Counted from the stretch's first letter, positions 30,026-39,147 are shown. The stretch is DNA of 64,000 nucleotides from SAR202 cluster bacterium (GCA_022448725.1 JAKUTR010000007.1:5945-69944); one strand, 5' to 3'. Program-made: numbers and translations. The notes: generated by a model from the letters alone, not told the origin.

Positions 30026-30865
30026 TTAGTGTTTAATGCCGTCCGGAATGCCGTACTGACGCTCCAGATTGTTACCTGGCACTGGCCAACCTTGCCCGCC
30101 AATAGTTCCGAACTTATCGTGTTTACCGCTTAACCACATGAACTGCTCTGCGGCATCGTAACTGTCTCGGAATTGCTGCCTGAAGGTTGGTACTTCCCAG
30201 TCCTCATCGCGCCATTCGATCTTCTCTGGGTCGAAGTCGGGATGACTCGTCCAGGTTTTCTCCGGGGCTGTTCGTCTCCAATAGTTATATTTGAGGTTAT
30301 TCCGAACAGCTGCAGCCGTGGACTTTCCGCGCCGGTGCCAAATGTTATAGGCAGTAATCAAGATTGAACCGGCTGGAGACTCTGCTAATTGAGCTCCTCT
30401 TATGCTTCCGTAGTGCCCCATGAACGTCGAGAGGGAGAAGAGGTGGTGTGAGCCCGGCAGCAGTTCAGTTGGTCCCATCTCTGCGGGAGTGTCCTGCGGG
30501 TAGTAAAAGACCTGTAGATAGTTGACAGGAGGTCCCCATTTTGATCCGCCATCGCGGTGCCATTCTTGCGCCGGTTGTGGGCAGTGGACTTTGTGACTGC
30601 TCATGAGGATGGGAAGACCAAAGTCTCTGCCTAGTAAACATCGCACTGCACCAGCCACCTCGGGATGGCAGATCACGTTCTCAACAAACCAGTCCTCGTG
30701 AAGGATATGGCTGGGTTCCGCCCCTTCCCAGTCTTCCATGAACTTCAGGGCCCGCTGGTTAATTTCGTCGGGTACAACTCCTGGGAATGAAAGGAAGCCA
30801 TTTTGGCAGAATTTCAGTACCCCGAAATCGTCTAGTGTTGGTTCGCAGTCGTAAGTTGGTTGCAT
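30026..30865 (-). CDS. Phytanoyl-CoA dioxygenase (PhyH) family Fe(II)/2OG oxygenase
   Basis: WHRDG (HxD), YYPQD, GPTELLPGSH, distal WHRRG, conserved R (VRN). Confidence 0.85.
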   Translation of the reverse strand: MQPTYDCEPTLDDFGVLKFCQNGFLSFPGVVPDEINQRALKFMEDWEGAEPSHILHEDWFVENVICHPEVAGAVRCLLGRDFGLPILMSSHKVHCPQPAQEWHRDGGSKWGPPVNYLQVFYYPQDTPAEMGPTELLPGSHHLFSLSTFMGHYGSIRGAQLAESPAGSILITAYNIWHRRGKSTAAAVRNNLKYNYWRRTAPEKTWTSHPDFDPEKIEWRDEDWEVPTFRQQFRDSYDAAEQFMWLSGKHDKFGTIGGQGWPVPGNNLERQYGIPDGIKH

Positions 30866-30869
30866 CTGC

Positions 30870-31226
30870 TTACCTTATGCGTTCTAGTATGAACTCGCAC
30901 GCTAACCCATATGAGCGAGACTCGTCCATAATTAGGGTTTGGTCAGGGAACCGGATGATGCGCCAGCCATCGTTGATGGCCTCCAATACGGTCTGGTAGG
31001 GCCACTCATCAGGGTTTCGCGATCCGTCAGATATCACACCATCCTCTACTATTTTAAATCCGTGTATCTCGTAGTCTAGGGCGGTTGATCGTGACTGTAC
31101 GTACAAAAGATCCTGCTTAAGCAGCCGGGACTTAGAAATCCCTCGGAGTCTACTTTCCGTAAGTGTGCCAGCACGCAATTCCTCAATGCATTGCGCCAGA
31201 TTGGATTCTAAGCTGTTAGCATCCAC
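30870..31226 (-). CDS. Hypothetical protein (118 aa) coupled to the PhyH gene
   Basis: Stop lies 4 bp before the PhyH start; motif-like 'WPYQTVLEAINDGWRIIRFP...EFILER'. Confidence 0.7.
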   Translation of the reverse strand: MDANSLESNLAQCIEELRAGTLTESRLRGISKSRLLKQDLLYVQSRSTALDYEIHGFKIVEDGVISDGSRNPDEWPYQTVLEAINDGWRIIRFPDQTLIMDESRSYGLACEFILERIR

Positions 31227-31424
31227 TCATCTGCCCCCTTATTCACAGTACTGGTTATATACCCAAGCTGCTGCGATTCTACCTTACAAACCAAAGGGCT
31301 GGCGAGAGAAATAAACAACTTTCGGGTTTGACTTTAATCCTGCGAACTGATAAGTATCACAGGTCGTAGAATAATTGTGGTGTGGAATCTAGTTTCCGTG
31401 CTTCATAATCAATAGGAGAAGCTA

Positions 31425-33887
31425 ATGACTAAAAAGTTAGCATCAACAGGGATACTTTCCGTAATATTAGTGTCAGCAGCCGTTATGGCGGCAGTGGCGT
31501 GCGGCGCAGCCGAGGAGCCTGCAGCTCCATTACCTGCAGCGGCGGCAGCACCAGCTGCAGCTGCTCCGGCGATTGATTACACTACAGAAGTAACTACAGC
31601 AGCCCCTCAAGCCCAGCAGGCACCTGCTGCAGCTGCTCCGGCACGGGCGGCGGCACAGCCAGCAGCCCCTCAGGCACCAGCCGGCACAGGCGCACGATCT
31701 ACTGTGGGGGGTGGCGCTACAGGTGTTGACCCGACCGCAGCTACAGCGGCGTTTAAGTACGTCGCACCGGTGGTAGCACCGGGCGATTACCCCGATCATA
31801 ACTGGGATGGTCCTGTCCCAACCAAGTTTAACGAGTCCCCGATGTCAGCGGCACTCGTAAAGGCTGGAACGCTTCCTCCAGTGGAAGAACGACTCCCCAT
31901 CCCTGAGGACGTCTGGGTACTCGCTCCGTACGACGAAATTGGTCAATACGGCGGGACTATGCGAATTACTAGTTCCCAGCTAAAGACACTAGATCACTTG
32001 GCTACAACCAGCCTGGTTAATGGCGACCCTAGAGGCAATAGTGAGCCTCGTATTATCAAGGCCTATGAGGTCAGTGACGACGGACGTAAGTATACTTTTA
32101 CGAACCGACGAGGCGCTCACTGGTCTGACGGATACCCTTGGACGATGGAGGATGTCAGGTTCGCAATGGAAGACCTGATGTTCAACGCAGGGGATGTCAA
32201 CCCAGCCTCACGCATACCTGGTGAACTCAAGTCTCAAATCACTGGTAACGTGGCTAAGTTCAACGTAGTTGACGATGTGACGTGGACGGTTACTTTTGAT
32301 GACCCTTACTATGACCTCGCGAGTTCGCGGCATATGTGGGGATCCTCGAAGACTCGTGGTTGCCCGAAATGCTACTATGCGCCAGCGCATATTTATAAGA
32401 GGTACCACGTTGATTACAACCCGGAAGAAAACGCCGCTCTCATGGAGAAGTATGGCGTCGATAGTCCCAAGAACCTTTTTAACAAGATCAAAAATGTTCG
32501 TTCCGGTCCTGGCCTTGACTGGAGGCAGACAGGCCCTCAGCCGAGCGTAGCTGACCCGAACTACATCTACAAGGGTGAGCCGTATGCGGCAGCAATGTCT
32601 GAGTTGCTCCAGACGCACTGTTGTGAAGGTGGCCGTGGGGCAACCCGAAACCATTTCTTCATTGGTGTGGATCCGGAAGGCAACCAGCTCCCCTACATGG
32701 ACGGCCAAGAGTTAATTAGGGTGGAGAACCGTGACGTCGGTGTCTTCCGTGCAATGAACGGCGAAAATGACTACTTCGGTGGTGACATGGTATTGAGTGA
32801 GATGCCGCTGTATATCTCTAACATGGACAAGGGTGACTACAGCGTAATGATCTTCCGATCCCCTGCAGGAACCGACTCAGCGACCGTCATTAACCAGGAA
32901 TATATCGAAGATCCTGAGATCGGCGCTCTGATGCGAACGAAAGACTTCCGCAAGGCTCTTTCTCTTGGTATCGACCGTGATATTTTGAATGAGGTCGTAG
33001 CTAGTGGTATTGGAACCCCTCAGCAGTGGGTCCCGCACCCGAGTACTCCGTACTACCCAGGAGCTGACTACGCTAACCTTGACACCACACAGGACATACC
33101 TGCTGCCAAGGCCTTGCTTGCAAAGATGGGATACTCGGATGCTGATGGCGATGGATGGCTCGATCGTAAGGATGGCACTGGGCCTCTGAAGATTAAGTTC
33201 TACACCAACAACCGGCTTACCTGGCCTCACGTCCAAATAATGGCATCACATTGGGAGAAGTTGGGTATCAAATGGGATCTGGATTATTCCAGTACGAGTA
33301 AGAAGATGAACATTGCGAATCCTACGCTCTACCTAGATCAGCACTATTCGCTCTACTCCATGAACCAATGGACGGTTACTTGGACCAGGGCGTTTGCAGG
33401 CACCGGTGGTGCTCCAGTGGGTGCTGCTATGGGTGGGTACTTCCAGTCCTTTGGTGAGGGTGGAATGGCCCCAACCGGAGGGGACGCTGCATACACAGAT
33501 GCGTATGGGACACAGGCTAGTGCTAACAACTACCCGGCTGACATATCCGGTAATGTTAAGGAAATGCAGGATATCTGGCGTACTGGTATTCAAACTGGCG
33601 CAACCTATGATCCCAAGCGTGTTGAGATGGGCAAGAAGTGGTGGAGGATAGGCGCCGAGGAGAAGTACAATATCGGTGCTCTTGCTTACATGGGGATCTT
33701 CCGGGGCATGACAAAGAAGCGAAATAATGTACGGAACGTCCCGAAGAACCACGTAGCGCTAGAGGGTAAAGGAGTATTAGGGCTCTACTATTTTGAGGAT
33801 GGTCTGGACAATATGACTAATCCGGGCAACCGTTCGAAGAAATATAAGAGTGTCCACTTCCTAGACCCTGAGTACTGGACCAACTAG
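31425..33887 (+). CDS. ABC transporter substrate-binding lipoprotein, family 5 (peptide/nickel-type)
   Basis: Lipobox AVA-C, Ala/Pro linker, 'GTLPPVEERLP', 'IGQYGGT', 'WSDGYPWTMEDV.F', 'VDPEGNQLPYMD', 'FRKALSLGIDR'; RBS AGGAG. Confidence 0.9.
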   Translation: MTKKLASTGILSVILVSAAVMAAVACGAAEEPAAPLPAAAAAPAAAAPAIDYTTEVTTAAPQAQQAPAAAAPARAAAQPAAPQAPAGTGARSTVGGGATGVDPTAATAAFKYVAPVVAPGDYPDHNWDGPVPTKFNESPMSAALVKAGTLPPVEERLPIPEDVWVLAPYDEIGQYGGTMRITSSQLKTLDHLATTSLVNGDPRGNSEPRIIKAYEVSDDGRKYTFTNRRGAHWSDGYPWTMEDVRFAMEDLMFNAGDVNPASRIPGELKSQITGNVAKFNVVDDVTWTVTFDDPYYDLASSRHMWGSSKTRGCPKCYYAPAHIYKRYHVDYNPEENAALMEKYGVDSPKNLFNKIKNVRSGPGLDWRQTGPQPSVADPNYIYKGEPYAAAMSELLQTHCCEGGRGATRNHFFIGVDPEGNQLPYMDGQELIRVENRDVGVFRAMNGENDYFGGDMVLSEMPLYISNMDKGDYSVMIFRSPAGTDSATVINQEYIEDPEIGALMRTKDFRKALSLGIDRDILNEVVASGIGTPQQWVPHPSTPYYPGADYANLDTTQDIPAAKALLAKMGYSDADGDGWLDRKDGTGPLKIKFYTNNRLTWPHVQIMASHWEKLGIKWDLDYSSTSKKMNIANPTLYLDQHYSLYSMNQWTVTWTRAFAGTGGAPVGAAMGGYFQSFGEGGMAPTGGDAAYTDAYGTQASANNYPADISGNVKEMQDIWRTGIQTGATYDPKRVEMGKKWWRIGAEEKYNIGALAYMGIFRGMTKKRNNVRNVPKNHVALEGKGVLGLYYFEDGLDNMTNPGNRSKKYKSVHFLDPEYWTN
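31500..31750 (+). repeat. Low-complexity Ala/Pro/Gln-rich linker with imperfect GCAGC/CCAGC repeats
   Basis: Encodes AAEEPAAPLPAAAAAPAAAAP...APQAQQAPAAAAPARAAAQPAAPQAP; locally GC-rich. Confidence 0.6.
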
Positions 33888-33910
33888 TAGCAAGAAAGAA
33901 GCTATTCTAG

Positions 33911-33952
33911 AAAGGGGCCCGGTAGAAACTTCTACCGGGCCCCTTCTCTTTT
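33911..33952. terminator. Rho-independent terminator, probably bidirectional
   Basis: AAGGGGCCCGGTAGAA / TTCTACCGGGCCCCTT inverted repeat followed by CTCTTTT, between convergent genes. Confidence 0.85.
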
Positions 33953-33960
33953 GCAACGGC

Positions 33961-34686
33961 CTAATTGGCGCTCAGTTTAGCGGCACTAAAAGCTTCTTCA
34001 GCTGCATCAAGAATTAGGTCATCGATACGGATGTTTATAGTGGCGTCCTCCGCCATCTGTTTTCCCGCTCGATTAACAGCGTCGCGGACGGTTTTTTGAA
34101 ATTCTTGGACCTTTGGATGTGTTGGTTGACCAGGAAGGCCAAACGACTGCGCAATATCCTGCGCACCGGAGTTAAAGAGGTCAATTCCATCAACTGAGAG
34201 GATACCATCGATCTCATCCAGGACAGCCACGTCTTCTAGCTGCGCTATCACGAGGATCTGCGAATTAGTGTGAGCCATGTACTCCGTCGTGGACTCATTC
34301 CTACCATAATATGAGCCTCGGCCCGAGCCCAGGCTACGGTGCCCCTCAGGGACGTATCTACACGCATCAGCAAGTTGTTTTGCTTTGGCCTGGCTGGAGA
34401 TATGTGGTCCCATGATCCCCATGATGCCACGATCGAGGAACCGAAGAATCGTAGGTGCTTGGATGTCAGGTACTCGTGCAAGCGGGGTCAGGCCTACGGA
34501 GTCAGCAACCATGCAAAGGTCATCAATCAAATCAACGGTGAAAGGTCCATGTTCAGCATCAAATAGTACGAAGTCAAACCCAACTGTTCCCAGCATCTCG
34601 ACCAGAGAGGTCGAGGGGACCTTCATGGTTATGCCGATGGGTGTGTTCCCAGAATTGAGTTTACTTACCACCTTGTTTATTCGCAT
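33961..34686 (-). CDS. HpcH/HpaI family aldolase
   Basis: GFDFVLFDAEHG, ARVP, GIMGPHI, RY.PEGHRS, IAQLE, SGAQD. ATG 34686 follows AGGAGG. Confidence 0.88.
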   Translation of the reverse strand: MRINKVVSKLNSGNTPIGITMKVPSTSLVEMLGTVGFDFVLFDAEHGPFTVDLIDDLCMVADSVGLTPLARVPDIQAPTILRFLDRGIMGIMGPHISSQAKAKQLADACRYVPEGHRSLGSGRGSYYGRNESTTEYMAHTNSQILVIAQLEDVAVLDEIDGILSVDGIDLFNSGAQDIAQSFGLPGQPTHPKVQEFQKTVRDAVNRAGKQMAEDATINIRIDDLILDAAEEAFSAAKLSAN

Positions 34687-34798
34687 ATAGCCTCCTTTAT
34701 CAGAGGGCATTGTATGCGAGTGATCTAGTGGCACTCAACAGGCTGATGCGGTAGCGTCAGAGCGTTGGGAAGAAGTTTGGCGCTGTTCTCCGAAGATT

Positions 34799-35098
34799 TT
34801 AGTTCTTTCGGAGCCCGTTCAAGATGATCAGGACGATAACGATGAAGAGCGCCCCCAGGATTGGAAGAGTCTGCCTTGTGTCCAATGTCCCTGTGTCACT
34901 CAGGGACGTGGAGCCGGGGGGAGTTTCAGGGGCTGTTTCTCTATTCTTGCTGCTTTGACCCACACCGCCCATACGAAAGACGCGTGTCTCACATATCGAA
35001 CAGATCCCGACCGATGCTGGACGCCCCGTCTTCGTAGTCGTCGGTGTGACGTCAAGCAACTCCCGTCGCTCGTTGCACTTTACGCAGTACGCCTCCAT
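34799..35098 (-). CDS. DUF5679-type zinc-ribbon protein with C-terminal transmembrane helix
   Basis: MEAYCVKC...GRPA..GICSICET.VFRMG, S/T/P linker, hydrophobic tail ILGALFIVIVLIILN followed by RKN. Confidence 0.75.
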   Translation of the reverse strand: MEAYCVKCNERRELLDVTPTTTKTGRPASVGICSICETRVFRMGGVGQSSKNRETAPETPPGSTSLSDTGTLDTRQTLPILGALFIVIVLIILNGLRKN

Positions 35099-35152
35099 GG
35101 GCTGATCTCCAAACCTGCTTTCACTAACAGATAGCTAAGGTGTAACGGCCTT

Positions 35153-36193
35153 TCAGTTTAGCTTCCCCTCACGGTGGGCGGTAATGTAGTTCATCGAGAA
35201 ATCATCTCGTCCTTCAAGCACATCCATCGCAAATTTTACAGGCTCAGACTCTTTGTCTAGTGCAAAAACTCTACTGAGTTTTGTTGCAATTGGGTCAAGG
35301 ATGCCTGCGTCGATGCCTGCGTCAATTGCTAGATGTATGAATGTATCGTTTAACAGGCGTCGATTGGGCATTCCGAATGAAACGTTACTAAGCCCCATAC
35401 CAATATGGATGTCGTTACCGTACTGCTCGCGAATCATGCGAACGGCGTCAAAGTAATGGTTACCGTACTGAGGGTCGACCGATATCGGGAAGATAATACC
35501 ATCTACATAGATGTCGTCGTCTGGGATATCTCGTGATCGTACAGTCTCCATAATTGTGCCAAGATTCTCTAGACGTTCATCGGCATCTTGTGGCATTCCG
35601 TCTGCGCTTGTACACATCAAAATCATCTTAGCATTGTGCTCCACGACCATATCAAGCGCATCCATTCGTTCGGCGGCTACGGAGTTGATCATTGGTCGAC
35701 CGGCACGTCCGTCATACGCTTCTAAGCCCGCTACGACTATGTCTGAGTTTGAGGAGTCGATGCTCGGAGGTATCGGAGAAACCTCCTGTACGGTATCAAC
35801 AGCAAAACGTATACAGGCCTTTTGGATTTCGAGGTTGTAGTGTACTTCGTCAGCATTGATATCAAGGTACTTCGATCCTGCCTTAACTTGGCGTCTTACC
35901 TCATGGCGTATATACGCTTTGGCCTCCTCACGTTCGTCAGGATCGTCACTAATGCCTTTTCGCATAGCTATCAAGAAGTGTTTGATTTGGTTTTGTTGGT
36001 ACGGTTGTGTCTCCTTGTACCAATCGGGCACTGTAAGTAAGCGGTCTTCGCCATCATCGCCCTTGAAAGGAACAACCTCAGTGCCATCATCCAATGTGGT
36101 TGCACGCCGGCCGTTACGTAGGAGAACCCGGGTGGCATGAATGTTTTCACCCACGATTGTGAACTGTTCCGGTGACGTGATAGCTCTGGGCAT
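35153..36193 (-). CDS. Methyltetrahydrofolate:corrinoid methyltransferase (AcsE-like pterin-binding domain)
   Basis: IVGENIH, QVKAG..YLDIN, SIDS, MINSV, YVD, GLSNVSFGMPNR..LN..F, GILDP. Confidence 0.85.
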   Translation of the reverse strand: MPRAITSPEQFTIVGENIHATRVLLRNGRRATTLDDGTEVVPFKGDDGEDRLLTVPDWYKETQPYQQNQIKHFLIAMRKGISDDPDEREEAKAYIRHEVRRQVKAGSKYLDINADEVHYNLEIQKACIRFAVDTVQEVSPIPPSIDSSNSDIVVAGLEAYDGRAGRPMINSVAAERMDALDMVVEHNAKMILMCTSADGMPQDADERLENLGTIMETVRSRDIPDDDIYVDGIIFPISVDPQYGNHYFDAVRMIREQYGNDIHIGMGLSNVSFGMPNRRLLNDTFIHLAIDAGIDAGILDPIATKLSRVFALDKESEPVKFAMDVLEGRDDFSMNYITAHREGKLN

Positions 36194-36238
36194 CTGGTTT
36201 TATCCTCAGGGGGTATTTAGTGTCTATTAATTATTGGA

Positions 36239-37279
36239 TTAGTTGACGCTGTGCATTGCGTGCCAATCCTTAACAGATTTTGGTATTTCCAGTAGGTTCT
36301 CAAGCTTGGTGGCAAGCGGGATTGCGCACTCTGGCGCAATCATATCTACACCAGCGTCCATTGCACGAAAGACCTCTTCCCGTACCTCCTCTGGCCCCTT
36401 TGAATAAAGGGTTACGGGGTTATTAATATTCCCGACCAATGCGATGCGGCCGTCGACTATATCCATCGACTCTTGAGGATCGTTTTTGGAGTCGAAGTGG
36501 AAGGCTGCCATATTGCTACGGGCGATTCCATCCATTCTGTCGGTGGTCTTCCCGCAGATGTGTAGAATCAACGGAACGGGCAGCCGTTCGACCATCTCTT
36601 GGTGTATTTCCAGTAGGAACTTATCGTAGTAGGCCCCGCTAACTAGATCACCTGTAGCATGATCCGGGAAGGTCAGGACGTCCGCGCCTGCGTCAATCTG
36701 CGCCTCTCCAAACAGGACCGATATTTCTTTGAGTTTATGCAGTGTGCGAAGCGTCTCGTCCGGATCATCAATAGACATTAGTAAGAAACGCTCTACGCCA
36801 AACACGTGATAAGCGAGGGTCCACGGGCCCATAGTTTTTCCTATTAGTGCTACTTCATCGCCGAATTCTGCTTTTAGCATCTGGATAGACCGGGTAATCG
36901 CCACATTGTCTTGGTGTTCGAGGAAGCCTGGAGGGATATGAACGTCATCTGGACCGTTCCATATCGGATTGGTCATTCTAACCGTTGGCCAATTGTCCTT
37001 TTCCTCCCATTGCATTTCACAACCGAGGGCCGAAGATTCTTGAATAATAGAGAAGTAGGGCATGATCGAATCAAAACCAAGCTCGGTATATCCTGTTGCA
37101 GCAAGCCTAGCGTTTAACTCTGGATCGCGGTTTGCCGCAGGGAAGGGAGAGTCAACCATATCCATCAGTTCTACTGTTGCCACATTTGTGGGATTCGCGA
37201 TGGGTGTTCTATCCACGGGTTTGAGCGCAAGCGCATTTAAAACCCGCTCTTTTGGTGTCATGCTCTCGACGATTGCCAA
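36239..37279 (-). CDS. MtaA/CmuA family methyltransferase (UroD fold), paralog 1
   Basis: MT..ER...AL...VDR.P start, GPWTL, Zn ligands LHICG and APEC, LVGNIN. Confidence 0.87.
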   Translation of the reverse strand: MAIVESMTPKERVLNALALKPVDRTPIANPTNVATVELMDMVDSPFPAANRDPELNARLAATGYTELGFDSIMPYFSIIQESSALGCEMQWEEKDNWPTVRMTNPIWNGPDDVHIPPGFLEHQDNVAITRSIQMLKAEFGDEVALIGKTMGPWTLAYHVFGVERFLLMSIDDPDETLRTLHKLKEISVLFGEAQIDAGADVLTFPDHATGDLVSGAYYDKFLLEIHQEMVERLPVPLILHICGKTTDRMDGIARSNMAAFHFDSKNDPQESMDIVDGRIALVGNINNPVTLYSKGPEEVREEVFRAMDAGVDMIAPECAIPLATKLENLLEIPKSVKDWHAMHSVN

Positions 37280-37291
37280 AATCTCCTCCTT

Positions 37292-38341
37292 CTAAACAGT
37301 ACTTCGGTCCTCGGTGTACCAATCGTGTACCGCACGTGGAATCTCAAGGACATTGTCGAGTTTCGCGGATAATGGTACCGCACATTCAGGCGCAATCATA
37401 TTGACTCCGGCATCCATACAGGCGAAAACCTCACGGCGGACGTCTGCAGGTGTTCCCGCGAAGATAGTGTTCGGATTGTTGATATTCCCTACCAGTGCAA
37501 TACGGCCATCGACAATTTGCATCGCCTCTGCAGGGTCGTTCTTGGAGTCGAAGTGGAAGGCGGCCATATCATTCTGTGCAATATAGCCGAGCCTGTCGAT
37601 TGTTCTACCACAGATGTGCAGAATCAAAGGTACCTTTAGTCGGTCGGCCATCTCTTGGTGTATCTCTAAAAGGAACTTACGATAGTATTCACCACCTACG
37701 AGGTCGCCGGTGGCATGGTCAGGGAAAGTCAATGCATCAGCGCCGGCGTCGATTTGCGCGTTCCCGTGGAGCACCGATACCTCCTTGAGTTTGTGTAGAC
37801 AACGGAGAGTTAAATCTGGGTCATCGATACTCATTAGCAGCCAGTTCTCGACCCCGAAGGTGTGATATCCAAGAGTCCACGGGCCCATGGTTTTTCCAAT
37901 CACGGCACATTCCTTACCCAAATCGCGTTTCAATATGAGTGTTGAGTCAATGATGCACTTGACGTCCGGGTGCTCTAAAAAGTTGTTTGGTATTCGAATG
38001 TCTTTGAGTGATTTCCATATGGGGTTTCCCATCCGAACCGTGGGCCAGTTGTCCTTTTGCTCCCACTGTATTTCGCAACCGAGTGCAGATGACTCCTGAA
38101 TGATCGTTGCGTGGTGGTAGGTTGAATCAAAGCCTAGTTCAAGGTAACCAGTTGCAGCCAGCCGGGCATTCAGGTCCGCGTCTCTGCATGCGTCCGGGAA
38201 AGGTGAGTTCATCAAATCCATCATATCCACTGTGAAAACACTGGTAGGGTTGCAGAGTGGAGTTCGGTCGACTGGTCTCCCGTTAAGGGCATTAAGCACT
38301 CGCTCGCGTGAGGTCATTGTCTCAATCATAGGAGATTCCAA
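37292..38341 (-). CDS. MtaA/CmuA family methyltransferase (UroD fold), paralog 2
   Basis: Same motifs (VDRTP, GPWTL, LHICG, APEC); colinear with paralog 1. Confidence 0.87.
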   Translation of the reverse strand: MESPMIETMTSRERVLNALNGRPVDRTPLCNPTSVFTVDMMDLMNSPFPDACRDADLNARLAATGYLELGFDSTYHHATIIQESSALGCEIQWEQKDNWPTVRMGNPIWKSLKDIRIPNNFLEHPDVKCIIDSTLILKRDLGKECAVIGKTMGPWTLGYHTFGVENWLLMSIDDPDLTLRCLHKLKEVSVLHGNAQIDAGADALTFPDHATGDLVGGEYYRKFLLEIHQEMADRLKVPLILHICGRTIDRLGYIAQNDMAAFHFDSKNDPAEAMQIVDGRIALVGNINNPNTIFAGTPADVRREVFACMDAGVNMIAPECAVPLSAKLDNVLEIPRAVHDWYTEDRSTV

Positions 38342-38441
38342 TTAATGTATAGAACGTAAGATATTTTAAGGTCGCTCAATCGATACTTGATGGATTTAAG
38401 TAGGTTTGCTCTGAGGCGTAGCTACATAATCCACTCTAGGT

Positions 38442-39125
38442 CTATGTTTGTGAGAAGCCCAGAGTTCCGGTCGTCATCTGTCCACGCATGTCCTCGGCGT
38501 CGAGCATCTCCGCTGTGCCAGTTACATTGCGGGCATACGGAAGGGTGAGTCTGACTAGGCCATCACGGCGTCCTCCGTGTGTGAACGCAACGTGGCTGTC
38601 ACTTACGCGTTCCATATCCCCATATCGAACAAAGCCTTGTAAACAAGCTCGGATTCTTACAGCAGGATTTTTGTAGTCACCCTCAGCGGTGACTCGGTAC
38701 GCCCAGCGGTCATTGTCATTCTCTGGTTCTACGATGAGTTGTAGTGGGGAACGTAAGTCCTTGATCTCGATGCGGCCAGAGGGATGTTTTGTACCGTACG
38801 GTTTCTCAACAGCCTGGCGCAGAAGAAAGCGTAGAGGCCGACCGTACGTCTCATTATCAGGAAAACGGGCCTGATTTTTCGTATCTAGCATGGGAACCAT
38901 GTCACCTAGTTCGACAAGTTGATCACGAATCTGCTCTAGGCGTTTCTCGGTGCCCGGCTTTTGGCTGAAACTCCATACGGTGAATACCTCATTCTTCAAG
39001 TAGAGCCCTACGGTGATCTCTTCAAAGTTAGGATCCATCGAAATAAGTTCCATGCAAGTACCGTATTTTTCTAGTGCTTCTTGTACCTGCCCACCTTTGC
39101 CCAGTCCTTGATTTGCTGTGTTCAT
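38442..39125 (-). CDS. Uncharacterised protein (227 aa) in the methyltransferase cluster
   Basis: RBS AAGGAG before ATG 39125; directly downstream of the homocysteine methyltransferase; no recognised family. Confidence 0.8.
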   Translation of the reverse strand: MNTANQGLGKGGQVQEALEKYGTCMELISMDPNFEEITVGLYLKNEVFTVWSFSQKPGTEKRLEQIRDQLVELGDMVPMLDTKNQARFPDNETYGRPLRFLLRQAVEKPYGTKHPSGRIEIKDLRSPLQLIVEPENDNDRWAYRVTAEGDYKNPAVRIRACLQGFVRYGDMERVSDSHVAFTHGGRRDGLVRLTLPYARNVTGTAEMLDAEDMRGQMTTGTLGFSQT

Positions 39126-39147
39126 AGTATGTTTCTCCTTGTCCGCC

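Noticed and set aside
31500-31750. CRISPR or tandem-repeat array
   Set aside because: Imperfect codon-level repeats in an Ala/Pro linker; no repeat-spacer periodicity.
35153-36193. Dihydropteroate synthase folP, or evidence for a Wood-Ljungdahl pathway
   Set aside because: Motifs fit AcsE/MetH pterin domains (GLSNVSFG); no acsABCD in the window.
36239-38341. Uroporphyrinogen decarboxylase hemE
   Set aside because: No RQAGR motif; Zn motif HxC...C present; methyltransferase context.
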